64,000 nucleotides of DNA from the human T2T-CHM13v2.0 reference genome, Homo sapiens. Shown piece by piece: positions 13,846-35,439 of this stretch. Both the position numbers and the translations under genes were made by a program. The notes below the pieces were generated by a model. It saw only the letters and a list, made by a program, of their open reading frames with translations, was not told the origin of the DNA and did no database searches. Positions within the stretch are counted from its first letter, which is position 1. The number at the start of each line of letters is the position of its first letter. Location of the stretch: the NCBI RefSeq assembly GCF_009914755.1, contig NC_060935.1; one strand, written 5' to 3'.

Positions 13846-14717
13846 AGGAATAATACTTTAAGTCTGTGTATTTGGATTGGGGCCTGGAGAAGGGTGTCCA
13901 ACCAATACTAACTACTGTTTCCTACTGTCTTTCTTTTAAACACTTGGCAACTTCACTTCCCAAGCCTGACCTATGAAGGTGTTATGTTGCTAACTTTAAC
14001 ATACCTGACCGCATTTAGCATACAGTATGTTCTACAACCAATAATAAAAACTTTATATATAAATAATGTGTGTGTATATGCATGTGTGTGCATGTCTGTG
14101 TGTGAGAGAGAAAGAGACAGAGAGAGAGTTAGATAGTATTATTATTACTTTATCGTTAAGAACATTGACAATTTGAGAAGTGATATGATGCTCCAAAATT
14201 ATATGACTAGTTTGAGAGTCAAGGTTCAAGAGTTAAATCCATCTTCAATCTAATCAAAAGTCAAAACTTTCAGCCACATCACTGTCAACATAGGTAGATG
14301 CGCTAATAGTAATGAGATTATAAAAAAAGTTAAAACACAGGTCATAGCTTGTTCATTCATTTAACACCTTTTTGTAGTTTAAAGAATGAACATTTCACTT
14401 GTTTTTGTTTGTTTTTGTTTTTTTTTTTTACCACTCATGAGAAACCAATATATAACAAACAGATAAAATTACCACCTAGTCAGTCAGAGCATCATCTATC
14501 TTATTTTTTGTTCATATCTTTGGAGGAAGAAGCACATTTCATAAGAACCACTAAATTTCCTATAATGGAACATTTATGCCCTATGCCCACCTCAGTATTT
14601 TAGAAAAAATGTTGAGAACATCTATTTCTGCTCTCAAATAGCTTATAGTAGGTATAGCTGCCCCACTGCTTTTGCATGAGTTACACTTGTCTCTAAAATG
14701 TTTCTTAGATATAGAAG

Positions 14718-14724
14718 CTTACCT
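14718..14724 (-). promoter_or_regulatory. Putative splice donor of an OR5B3 non-coding 5' exon
   Basis: Minus strand AAG|GTAAG, with homologous donors at 33404, 34541 and 49950. Confidence 0.5.
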
Positions 14725-15179
14725 TACAGCTGGATGAGCAGAAACAGTCAATACAGAATAGTTGTTCTGCAATCAGAAAATCAGCCATGGAACATTGCAT
14801 TAATATGTTTGGAGAAGCTTGCTTTCAGATAGTGGTCAACAGGTTTCAAGGTCTCTTAGGCATGGAGAAATAAAGGGAAGAGCATTAACACGGAAAAAGT
14901 CCTGAATCTACTATTAATTCTTTCTGTGAACTTAAAGGAATTACTTATCTTCCCCTTTCTTGAGAAAATAAACATGTTAAGATTACCTCTCTCACATAAT
15001 TCACAGAATTGCATCTGTAAAGAACAAGTAAGGGAGGCCTGTAAAACATCTTGCTAAGGGGCCATCATGCAAAAATCAGTCAATGTAATTTTTAACTCGG
15101 GTTGTTTTCCCTGAGCAGGGTTGAAGCTTCATAGCAAAGCCTCAGGTCAGAAGGCATGCATGAACTAAAAACAATTATC

Positions 15180-15400
15180 CTTTAGATGAATAAATGATGA
15201 TCTGCAGAGCTTTGTACACAGTGCGGTCTCTCTAAAACTACATCATGTTGGGAGTCATGTTGGGATTTTAGATGCTAATATATGGAGACATGAGGAGAAT
15301 TATAAGGGCATGGAGATCTCTGGAGATGTCCCCTGTGAGAGGATCTGCAGCTCCTCATTCTACTTTCCTGGTGAAGAAGCAATTAAAGCTGCCGGTGGGG
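15180..15400 (-). promoter_or_regulatory. OR-promoter-like module, copy 2 (OR5B3)
   Basis: TCTCTGGAGA 15317-15326, CCCCTGTGAGA 15330-15340, CAATTA 15380-15385. Confidence 0.6.
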
Positions 15401-15479
15401 ATCAAGCTTATTATTTTTAATATGTGCACATAATTTGTGTGCATATTAAATTTATTTCTTTTTTCATTCTCTAATTAAT

Positions 15480-16420
<941 letters not shown>

Positions 16421-17429
16421 TATTTAAAATTTTTTTAATTTAATTTTTATTTTACTTTTTTTGATTTTTCTCTAAGATATCTCCTTACCGATTTTCTTAA
16501 CACTTATCTACCTTATCACCACAATTCTGGCCTGGGAATGCTTTTCTTTTCCAAAAAAGGAGACAGATTCATCCTTTTGCACACAGATTCATCGCTTTGC
16601 ACTGTTGCTTCTGAGCCCACACCACACTCCCAAGCAGACTTATCACATCTCTCTTAGTACAAGCCAGTGTCATGATTAAACATTTGTTCTGTGCACCAAG
16701 GTTGTTGCTTCACCTCAAATTTGAGTAAGAAATGTAGCCTTTTCAAACTTCAGCTTCTCTTCTGTAAGGAAGAAGAAAATACTATCTTGTCATTCTCATA
16801 ATATTTTCAAAAAGATAATCACATGATGTATTTATAGAGCACAGCACACTTTCTACCATATATCAGGTGTTTGATAGGTTAAATATTAATATTTATTATT
16901 TATAATATTTTCCATAGATGGGTCACAAAAACAGTGGTACACAAAAAATCCACCTGCTTTTCTACATGTGCATGCCCCATTCCAGCTAGGTAGGACATGT
17001 AATAGTTCTAGATAATGAACTATGGAAAGAATTGTAATGTTGGTTGAAACATACACACTACTCTCCACTTATCTCATCTCCTGCTATGATAATCAAAAGG
17101 CTTAATGTTCCAGCAGGTGCAGAAACAGATGATGATACCTTCATCAGCAGGTGTCTTTGAGTGACCACATACAGCTTTTCACTTAGCCAGACAACCTGTG
17201 TGACAGACATGTCATAGCATAAGTGAGAAATAAATCTGTAGGATGCTGAATATTTATCTTCCAAAATATCAGATTCTAATACCTGGAATCGGTAAATTTT
17301 ACCTTATATGACAACTACTTTGCAGTTATGATCAAATTAAGGACAGCAAGATGGAGATTAATCTAAATTATTCAGTGGGCTGTAAATGCAGTTACCAGTT
17401 CCTTGTAAGATGGGGGCAAGAAAAGTGAT

Positions 17430-19075
<1,646 letters not shown>

Positions 19076-19079
19076 TTCC

Positions 19080-19445
19080 TATATAGGTGAAAGTTTAGAG
19101 AGGTGTTTGGGTCATGAGAGCTGAGCTCTCATGAATGGGTTGATCCCTTCATAGACTAATAGATTAATGAATTCATGGGTTAATGTATTAATGAGTTTTC
19201 ATGGGACTTGGACTTGTGGGTTTGTAAAAAGAGATCTGAGCTAGCATGCTCCGTCCTCTCACCATATGATGTCCTGTGCGGCTATGAGACTTTGCAGGGA
19301 GTCCCCACCAGCAAGAAGGCCCTCACCAGATATGGCCCCTCAACCCTGGACTGCTTATTCTCTAAAACTGTGAGAAATAAATTTCTTTTTAAAAATAAAC
19401 TATCTAGTTTTAGGCATCCTGTTATAAGCAACATTAAATGAACCA
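19080..19445 (+). mobile_element. MST (MaLR) LTR fragment
   Basis: CACCAGCAAGAAGGCCCTCACCAGAT...AACTGTGAGAAATAAATTTCT. Confidence 0.7.
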
Positions 19446-19449
19446 AGGC

Positions 19450-24800
<5,351 letters not shown>

Positions 24801-24919
24801 TATGCTTTTTATTATTTTATTTTATTTTTAATTGAAAAACAATAATTACATATATTTAAGGGGTAAAGAATGATATTTCAATATATGTGTACACTGTGGA
24901 ATAATCAAATCAGAATAAT

Positions 24920-27900
24920 CAACAAACCAATAAAATCAGAGATGAAAAAGAAGACATTACAACTGATACTAAAGAAATATGAAGGATGATAAGAAACTGC
25001 TGTGGACAATTATATCCCAACAAATTAGAAAACCTAGAATAAATAGATAAATTCCTGGACATATAAAACCTATTAAGATTGAATTTAAAAAATAGAATGT
25101 CTGAACAGACCAACAATGAGTAATGAAACTGAATCAGTAATAAAGTCTCTAATCAAAGAAAAGTGCCGGACCTCATGGCTTCACTGCTGAATTCTACAAA
25201 AAAAATTAAGTTCTTTAGAATTTTTCACAAACTATAGAAAATAATTGAAAAGAATGGAACACTTCCAAACTCATGCTATGAGGTGATAATTACTCTAAAA
25301 CCAAAACCAGACAAGGACACAGAAAGAAAGAGAGCTACAGGCCAATATCCCTGATGAGTGTAGATGCAAAAATTTTCAACAAAATGCTAGCAATAAAAGT
25401 TCAACAGCACATTAAAAAGATCATTCACCATGATCAAGTGGGATTTATACCAGGGATACAAGGATGGTTTAACACATGCCAATCAATAAATGTGATACAT
25501 CACATTAACAAAGAAAGGATAAAAACATGATTATTTCAATAGAGGCAGAAAAAGCATTTGACAAAATTCAATATCCCTTCATGATAAAACCTCAATAAAT
25601 CAGGTTTAGAAGTACTATAACCTTCATATAATAAAGGCAACATACAGTAAATCCACAGCCAACATTGTATTGAATGGGAAAGAATTGAAAGTTCTTTCTC
25701 TAAGATCTCAAACAAGACAAGGATGCCCACTTTCACCACTACTATTCAGCATAGTACTGGAAGTTTTAGCAAGAGTAATTAGGTAGGAGAAAGAACAAAA
25801 TGTAGTGAAATTAGAAAGGAGGTAGTCAAATTGTTCCTGTTTGCAGATGACATTATCTTATATACAGGAAATCCTAAAGACTGCACCAAAAAACTGTTAG
25901 AACTAATAAACAAATATAGTAAAATTGCAAGATAAAAAGACAACATATAAAAATTAGCAATGTTTCCATACATCAATATCAAACTGTCTGAGAGAAATAA
26001 AGAAAGCAATCCCACTTACAATACCTACAAAAAATAATAAAAGACCTTGCAATAAATTTATCCAAGGAGGTAAAGGATATCTACAAGGAAAACTACAAAA
26101 CAGTGATGAAAGAAATTATAGATAACACAAATGGAAAAACATGCCATACTCATGGGTTGAAAGAATTAATATCATCCATTAAAATGATTATAGTGTTTAA
26201 AGCAGTCTACAGTTTCAATGCAATCCCCATCAAAATACCAATCTTATTTTTCAGAGTTAGAAAAAAGCAATCAAAAAATTCATATGGTGTTGGGAGCAAG
26301 CCCCCCAAAGTCTGGTCATAAACTGGCCCCCAAATTGGCCATAAATAAAATATCTGCAGCAATGTAACATGTCCATAATGGCCATAACGCCCAAGCTGGA
26401 AGGTTGTGGGTTCACGGGAATGAGGGCAAGGAACACCTGGCCCGCCCAGGGTGGAAAACCACTTAAAGGCATTCTTGAGCCACAAGGAAAAGCATGAGTG
26501 ATCTGTGTCTTAAGGGCGTGTTCCTGCTGCAATTAATTCGGCCCATCCCTTCGTTTCCCTTAAGGGATACTTTTAGTTAATTTAACAACTATAGAAACAG
26601 TGCTAATGACTGGTTTGCTGTTAATAAATACATGGGTAAATCTCTGTTCAGGGCTCTCAGCTCTGAAGACTGTGAGACCCCTGATTTCCCACTTCACACC
26701 TCTATGTTTGTGTGTATGTGTCCTTAATTCCTCTAGTGCCACTGGGTTAGGGTCTCCCCGACCAAGCTGGTCTCGGCAATACGGAACCATAAAATACCCT
26801 AAATAGCCAAAACAATCTTAAGCAAAAAAAGAAAAAGCTGGAGGCTTTATACTATCTGAACCCGAAATGTGCTGTAAAGCTATAGTAACCAAAACAGCAT
26901 GGTGTTGGCATAAAAACAGACACATAGACCAACAGAACAAAATAGAGAGCCCAAAAATAAATTCAAGAATTTACAGCCAATTGATTTTCAATAAAGGAGT
27001 CAAGAGCACTTAATGGGGTAAAAACAGCTTCTTCAATAATTGGTGCTTGGAAAACTAGATATCCACATGAAAAAGAATAAAACTAGACTCTATCTCTCAC
27101 CATATACAAAAATTAACTCTAAATGAATTAAGGACTTAAATGTAATACCCAAAATTATAAAATTACTAGAAGAAAACATAGGAAAATGTTTCATGACATT
27201 GGTCCACACAAGGATATTTTTAGAGAAGACCCCAAAAGCAGCAACAACAAAAGCAAAAATAAATAAATGGGACCACATCAAACTAAAAAGCTTTGGCACA
27301 GCAAAGGAAACAATCAGCAGAGAAAAGAGACAACATATAGAATGAGAGAAAATATTTGAAAAGTATACATTCGACAAGGGGTTGATATCCAGAGAAATGT
27401 AAATCAAAACCACAATGAGATATCACCTTGCCCCAGTTTTAAAACAGCTATTAACAAAAAGATAAAATATAATAAATGTGGCAAAGATGTGGAGAAAGGG
27501 GAACTCTTATACACTGTTGGTGGGAATATAAGCTAATAGAGTCATTATGGAAAACAGTATGGAGGTTCCTCAAAAAATTAAAACTAGAACTACCACATGA
27601 TCCAGCAATCCAACTACTGGGCATATATCCAAAGGAAATAAAATCAGTGTGTTAAAAAATATCTGGACTCCAGTGTTTATTGCAGCACTATTTATAATAG
27701 CCAACATATGGAATCAACCTAAATGCCCATCAACAGATGAATGGATAAAGATACTGCAGTATATATACACAATAGAATACTATTCAGCCTTACAAAAGAT
27801 GAAATCTTGTCATTTGCAATAACATGGATGAATCTGGAGCACATTATGTTAAGTGAAATGCTGGGCACAGAAAGACAAATACTGCGTCATCGCACTTATA

Positions 27901-28258
27901 TATAGAATCTAAAAAAACTGATCTCAGAGAAGTTGAAAGTAGAATAGTGGTTAGCAGCGACTTGGGAGAATAGCGGAGAGGAAGAGATGGTGAGAGGTTT
28001 GTCAGCAGGTACAATCTTACAATTAGTAAGAATTAGTTCTCGTACTCTATTGTGCAGTAGGGTGAGTCTAGCTAACAAAAATGCATAATATATTTTCAAA
28101 TATCTAGAAGAGGGGATTTTGAACGTTCTTACATCGAAGAAATGATAAATGTTTAAGGTGATTACTATGCTAATTTTCATCAATATACAATGTATACATT
28201 TGACAAAACACCACATTGTGCCCCAAAAATATGTAGAATTATTATATTTCAATAAAAG
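24920..28258 (+). mobile_element. L1MA-like ORF2 and 3'-UTR, interrupted by MER9
   Basis: Continuous degenerate ORF2 followed by an L1MA-type 3' end. Confidence 0.75.
26288..26778 (+). mobile_element. MER9 solo LTR (HERV-K HML-3)
   Basis: TGTTGGGAGCAAGCCCCCCAAA...CCATAAA repeats...GCTGGTCTCGGCA; TG..CA ends; 6-bp TSD ATATGG/ATACGG. Confidence 0.85.
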
Positions 28259-28259
28259 G

Positions 28260-29790
28260 AAGACTATCCTGCTGTATTTGACAAGTTGGATGATCCTGGA
28301 GGACAATATGCTAAGTGAAATAAGCGAGTCATAGAAGGACAAAATACTGCATGATTCTACTTACGTAAGGTATTTAAAATAGTCAGACATACAGAAAAAG
28401 AGAGTGGAATGGTGGCTGTCAGGGACTGTGGTGGGAGTGGGGGAAATAGGGGGATAAGCTACGGTTAAATGGGTATAAAGTTTCAGTTATAAAAAATGAA
28501 TACGTTTTAGAGATCTGCTTACAACATAGTACCTATAATTAACAATACTATATTGTACACTTAAAAATTATTAAAAGAGTAGATCTTATTATAAGAGTTC
28601 TTATCACAATTAAAAGAAAAGAAGCCATGATGCTGAAATAGAGGCTAATGGACATGGGAGATCATAATTTTAGATGCTTAGTTAAATTGGGCTCTCTGAG
28701 TATACTGTATTTAAAATGACATATAAGGAAAGAACATGGCAGGCAAAGAGGCCAAGATGGACAGCATTCTGCAGTGTGAATGTGAATGTGCTTCTTGTGT
28801 TCAATAAATGAACAAAGATTAATTTGCTGGATCATAGAGAGCAAGGAGTAATTTGGGAGAAAATGAAAGAAGTGGCAGCAGAGAGGTTAAGCAACTTTTG
28901 TAGGCCACAGTTAGAAAATTTACTCTAAGTACAATCAGAATCTAGATTTGGGGAATAAAACCAAGATTTTAGTTTTATACATGTTATTTTTGAGATGTCA
29001 GTGAGAAGTTTAATAAAAACCTGAAAATATAAGCATCTCAGGATGGAGAATTGAAGAACATCTATATTCAGAGTATGAGTACAAGATAAAAGCAAGCAAT
29101 GAAAACCAGCAGAACATCCAGCAAGGTTGGAGAAAGAAAATACCAGTTAAACCACAGGTGTTTATAGCGGCTTTATTCATAACTGCCAACACTAGGGAAG
29201 CAACCAAAATATCCTTCAGTAGGTACATGAATAAAGTGTGATACCACTTGACAATAGACAATATTCAGTGCTAAAATGAAATGAGCTATCAAGCCACGAA
29301 AAGTTATGGAGAAAACAGATGCATATTACTATGTGAAATAAGCCAATATGGAAAGGTTACATACCATATGATTTTAACTATATGACATTCTGGAGAAAGC
29401 AAAACTGTGGAGACAGAAAAAGATCAGTAGCTGTCAGGGGTTAGGGAAGAAGGAAGAATGAGTAAGTAGAGCATAGAAGAGTTTTAGAGCAGTGAAACTA
29501 CTCAATATGATACTATAATGATAAATAGATGTCATTATACATTTATTCAAATCCATAGAAGGGACAACAGCAAGAGTGAATCCTAATGTAAATTATGGTC
29601 TTGAGATGATAATGATGTGTCAATGTAGGTTCATCAATTGTAAAAAATGTAGCACTCTGTTGGAGGATATTGACAATGAGGGAGGGTATATGTATGTGGG
29701 GGCAGAAGGTATATGGGAAATCTCTGTACTTACCTCTCCATTTTGCTGTGAACATAAAACTGTTCTTAAAGTCTATTCAAAAATAAATTT
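28260..29790 (+). mobile_element. L1MA 3' end (about 28260-28620), short L2-like piece, and L1MB/MC 3' end (about 29155-29790)
   Basis: L1M 3'-UTR motifs. Confidence 0.6.
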
Positions 29791-30252
29791 ATACTATAAT
29801 ACTAAATTAATTACTTACATCCTTTATATAAAAACTAGCCACACTCCATTTACTTCTGAGTAAATTTCTCCTTCTAATGCCTATGTGCCCACAAGAGGCA
29901 TAAACATGTACTTTTTTGTGGGCTTGTTGGTGTCCCTGTTTAGCAAGTATGTTTGCACTGGAATGTGGTAGAAAAAATGCAAGGGGAACAAGTGAGTAAA
30001 CCGAATGTCATTAGTAAGTTTTGACCAGCAAGTTCCAAAAATTCTAACATTTCCATTTAGCCTTCCTCATTCAGGTATTACATTTCTGATAATATTTTAT
30101 TTTTATTAAAAAATTGACTTCTAAAGAGGTAAGAATATCACCTCATGAACTTAAATGTATTGTGGGGTTTCAAATGTAACTCATTGCATGAGGAAAGTCT
30201 GAGATGAGGGAAACAACATTTTTGTGTATACAACAATGTTAAAATTCCAAAC

Positions 30253-31182
30253 TTATAGAAATTTTTGCCTTCTCAACACTTTCTTGAATGCATTCTGGAC
30301 TTCTCTGTTCCTCAGGCTGTAGACCACAGGGTTCAGCATGGGGATGATCATAGCATAGAACACAGATGCCATTTTGTCTGTGTCCATGGAGTGGCTGGAG
30401 CTGGGCTGCAAGTAGATGAAGATTACTGTCCCATAGAAGACGGAGACTGCAGTGAAGTGAGAGGCACAGGTGGACAATGCTTTTTGGTGTCCCTTAGCTG
30501 AATGCATCTTCAAGATGGTGATGAATATGAACAAGTAGGAGATAAAGATAACTAGAAGAGCAAAAAAGATATTAAAGCTTGACGTAAAAACCAGAATCAC
30601 CTCACTAGTGTGTTTATCAGAGCAAGACAGAGCCATGACTGCTGGAACATCACAGAAAAAGTGATGTACCAGATTGGATTTACAGAAAGAGAGACTGAAT
30701 ATGCCCCCAATGTGGAATGAGGCATTTAGGAAGCCACAGACATATGAGCCTAGGGCCAGACAGGCACCTACACTGGCCGTCATGGTGGTGGTGTAGTGTA
30801 GGGGTTTGCACACTGCTGCATAGCGGTCATAGGCCATTGAGGCCAACAAGTAATTTTCCACCGTGGCCAAGGCTACAAAGAAGAACATCTGAACAGCACA
30901 TGCATTGTAGGAGATGACCTTGTCTCCTCTAAGGAACCCAGCCATGACCTTGGGAGTGACAGCTGAGGAGTATCCAAAGTCCACCAGAGACAGGTTACTG
31001 AGGAAAAAGTACATGGGGGTGTGGAGACAAGAGTCCATCAGGATCAGCAACATCATCCCCAGGTTCCCACACAGAGTGAGGAGGTAGATGAAGGTGAACA
31101 AGATAAAGAGGGGGATCTGTAGTTCTGGGACACTGGTTAGTCCTAGAAGAATGAACTTTGTCACTTCCGTACAATTCTCCAT
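30253..31182 (-). CDS. OR5B2: Olfactory receptor 5B2, 309 aa
   Basis: [10 protein letters not shown]...[10 protein letters not shown]; all OR motifs intact; acceptor TTGCTACAG| at 31211-31212, upstream of the ATG. Confidence 0.93.
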
Positions 31183-34084
31183 CAGTATTATCTGGGAAAC
31201 TTAAGATGACCTGTAGCAATGAGAAATAAAGCAATAGAGTGATAAACAAAAAAAGAGATTTAGAAATATATAAATACTATATGCATTATGTAATTATAGC
31301 AACAATTTGTACTTCAAAATCCTATAGATCTAAAGCATAGGCTTGGTAACAATCTTTAATGCATTATCTACAGAGTTGTAATCTGCTGAATCCAGGGGAT
31401 CTTTATAAATAATATCCCAATGTTTCCATTTTATAAATTTATAAACTGCTATGTAGTATATTTAATGATGTGTCCAAGATGACTCATCTGGAACTAATTT
31501 TTCTGCCAATTCAGTTTTCCCTAATCTGGTAAAACTTATACATTTATGTTGCTCACATACTGGGAACCGCTCTAGGCAATTTGTATGTATATTGATTCCT
31601 CTCAACAATATAATGAGGTTGATTCGTTATTACATTTATTTAATTTGTGAGGCTCACAAGATTAAGTCATTTATTCATATGTACACAAGTATTAATAGTC
31701 AAGCCTATCTTCTGGCTCAGGAGAGTCGTTCTCAAGCTCAATGGTCTAAATTGAATCTAAATCAGATTGAATTTGAAGCAATTTACAATTACTCATTGTC
31801 TTTGTTGGTGCAAACTTAGGCAGGTTTCACAGTGAGGTAACTGAGAGGAAAATGCACATTAAGGGTCTCAGGATAGCTGGAGAAGTAGGGAAATGTGCAA
31901 CTAGCAAAGGCAATTCTGAGGGGAAGGCAGCATCAGATATAGAGTTTGGGATTGGGAAGAGGTGCTTATCAGCCCTACCATTTACTGCCTAGGCAGCATT
32001 GGTCCCACACTAACTTCCCTGAACCTTATTTATTTTATCTGCAGAATGAAAATATTAATGAGATCAACCTCAAGGCATTATTTTGAAAATTCAATGTTAT
32101 ACATTTTTACAACAATAAACAAAATGTTAAATGTTTAGCACAGTCTGATGAGAGCTAGCTATAATATTATCGTTAGAATGGAATGATGATCTGTTAGTTT
32201 CATAAAGGAGGATGGCAGGGCTTTGTGTGTTGGTAAATTTTGAAGTCTTATAGCCCCTTCTTCAATTTGTCTTTCCTCACATACCAGGGCTACTGAGATT
32301 TTCTGTGCCTCCCAATAATTCTCATTCTGTCTTTTTTTTCACCCAAATGATAGACTGTTCCAGAATTCTATGTGAACCATTCTTCTGTTTAATTTCTTCC
32401 TTGAAATTTACATTTTAGCTTGGTTTCGCAGCATCTCCTTTACTTAAACTCATGCTTTTCTTTCATTTATGTCATCTCTTAGTTGACCCTTATAGTTTAA
32501 AATGCATCGTTCGTGGGTTTCCTTTAGTCTGCAGATCTGTTTTGGTGGCAGGTTGTAAGCTATAAAATTATTATTTAGATCAGTTCTTGCATATGAATAG
32601 TGTTTTAAATTAGAAAGGGCATTCATCCTCTAACTACTATTCATCTGCTAACTACTACTGCCTACTGTCTTTCCACACTGCATAAGTTTAGCCCATGAAA
32701 GCATTATGTTTGCCAAACTTAAATCACATAATCACTTTTAGAATATACTATGTTCTACAACAGATGTTAAGAACTTTTTATATAAACGTTTACATGTGTG
32801 TGTTTGTGTGTGATAAGTATTATTGTTATTACTATTTTACCATTATAAGAATTTGATATTTGAAAAGTTTTGTGATATTCTACAATTATACAACTAGTAT
32901 GGAGAACAGTCAAGATTCACAATTGAAACCAAGTTCCAACCTAATCAAAATTTGTGCTTTTAGCTACTTCACAATGAGCATTAGATTGCTAGTCATAATA
33001 AGGATGAGATTATGGGGGAAAGGTTACAATTCTGTATGCATCTTGCTAACTTACTTAGATCCTTTTGTAGTTTGAAGAGCTGTCAATTCACACTTCTGTT
33101 ATTTTTGTTTGTTTTACTTCAAGTAGAAGCCTAACCAATAGTGAATAAGATGAAATTACCACCTACTTAATCAGAGCATCATCTATCTCATTTTTTTCAT
33201 CTTCTTTAGGGAAGCAGTATCACTGAACACCCTACCAATGGAAGTTTTGACATCTCTATACTCCAGCCTCAGCATATGTTTTTAGAAAAAAAATATTTAA
33301 AGCATCTACTTCTGTTCTGAAATAATATAGTATCTATAGCCGTCCCACTGCTTTTGCACAAATTCCCTCTTTTACTAAATGTATATATGGAACATAGAAG
33401 TTTACCTTGTGCCTGGAAAAAAAGAGATAGTCAATCCTGAATACTAGGTCTAAAATTGGAAATTCGGTCATGAAATAATGCATAAATAACATTAGAAAAA
33501 AAATATGTCTCAGGTAGTGGTCAAAAAAAGCTCCAAGTTCTCTATGGCAAGGAAAGACAGAATAAAAAAACACTAGCATCAATAAACTAAATTAAATATA
33601 ACTGCTATTGTTAGGAATGACCTTTAACACATAAATCACTCACTATGTGCAGATTCTCTTTTATGTATTTTGCATACATTAGCTCATTTAGCATAAAAAA
33701 ATAGAAAGTAAAGGTGCATTGTAGGTGAAAAATAGGGTTCCATGTAAGTTTTGATTTTGCTGTGTGTGTATGTGCGTGTGTACACATGCATGCAGTCATA
33801 CATTATGGGTCACAATGTAAATCGTGTGGACTCCTTATTTTAAAAAATCTAAAGCCTTCAATCAAGAGCCTCTGAATAGCCTGTGCAAAGTTAGGCATGA
33901 GACTGTGCTTCAGTAACACAGAACCATGTATTTTATAATGTGCTCACTGATCATTTGCTGACTTATTTATTTATTCATTTATTCATTTAGATACATTCGC
34001 TCATTGCCTCAACAAGTATTTAGAGTGCCCATCATTTTCTAAATGTTCTTCTAAGCACATGGATTTTTTGTGTGTATAAGGGTT

Positions 34085-34290
34085 TTGTTTTTTGTTTTTT
34101 TGCTTTTATTTTAAGTTCAGGGATACATGTACAGGCTTGTTACATAGGTAAATTTGCATCATGGGGGTTTGTTATACAGATTATTTCATCACTCAGGTAT
34201 TAGCCTGGGACCCATTAGTTATTTTTTTTCTGATCCTCTCCCTCCTCCTATCCTCCACCCTTCGATAGGCACCAATGTCTGTTGCCCTCT
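34085..34290 (-). mobile_element. Short L1PA 3'-end fragment
   Basis: Poly-T followed by antisense L1PA 3'-UTR. Confidence 0.75.
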
Positions 34291-34939
34291 AAGCATATGA
34301 ATTTTAAATGATGAGAATAATACCATCTTCTATTATTTGAATAAAATCACCATTTTCCCAATTAATGGAGATGGTTGTAACACCTGGACTGTGGCTAAAT
34401 AGCGTGATAGCATGAAAATATTAAAAGCTGGGAAACTGAACTCTGATTACTCAATGGGAAAATGTTTGCCCTTGAACTTTTATATAACACATATTCTATT
34501 ACTACAACCTAAACAGACCGTAGAACAGAGCTAGAAACTTACCTTGCTCTTCAAGGAAGATGACACACTTTCAGTTGGTATCTTCAAATTGCAAGTCCTA
34601 CTCAAAGAAGAAAGAAAAGCTCCTATTTAAGAAGTTATTATTTAATGTCTAGTCACAAATATTGAAGTTCTCTAGAGGGAGGGAGATTTAAGGAAAAAGT
34701 AATGACTAGGTGGAGATTAGAAAATATTCTCCAACTTGTCACACAGGGCTGCTGCTGTGAGGAAAAATAGAAGTCTCTGAATGCACTCTGTAAAGTCCTA
34801 AAGAGCTGTAAGAAGGGATCATCGTATCTGCAATGAACATCATTTTTAGCTGGGGGTCTTATCCCTGGCCATTGTTGCAGACTCAGAGTAATATACCAGT
34901 GTGAAATAAGGCCACTTAGTACAATGGACAACCTTTTAC

Positions 34940-35240
34940 ACTGAGATCAATAAATGATCACCAAAAGGTGACACACAGGGTGGAACCTCTAACATGATGT
35001 TAAATAGAGTCATGTTGGGATGTTAGAGACCAATGACTGGGAACTAACAATAATTGAGGAACTTGAACGTACATAAAGTTCTCAGGGGACAAGTTACCCA
35101 TGAGAATAACCACAGTCTCTCACTCCAATCATCTAGAGAAGCAACAATTAAACTGCATATGAAAGCCTGGTTCCATTTTCTTAGGAAGAACACCAGTGTA
35201 TTTACTTTACTCAGGGTTATTTCTTCTTGGTAATGCGAAC
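34940..35240 (-). promoter_or_regulatory. OR-promoter-like module, copy 3 (OR5B2)
   Basis: TAATTG 35051-35056, TCTCAGGGGA 35080-35089, TACCCATGAGA 35095-35105, CAATTA 35145-35150. Confidence 0.6.
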
Positions 35241-35439
35241 ATCTTCAGAAAAGATTCATCATTAACTTTCCTGGCAGAAATCAGACAGAATCATGAGTGG
35301 CATAATGGAAACTAGGCTAAAGTGTTATGTAAGTTTCGTTGGCCGATGGCAGCATAACTTCACAAAGTTCATATTGAGATTATAGGTTGTATAAACACTT
35401 ACGCACTTGAGTTCTCTCATTAATAAAACAGAGATGAGT

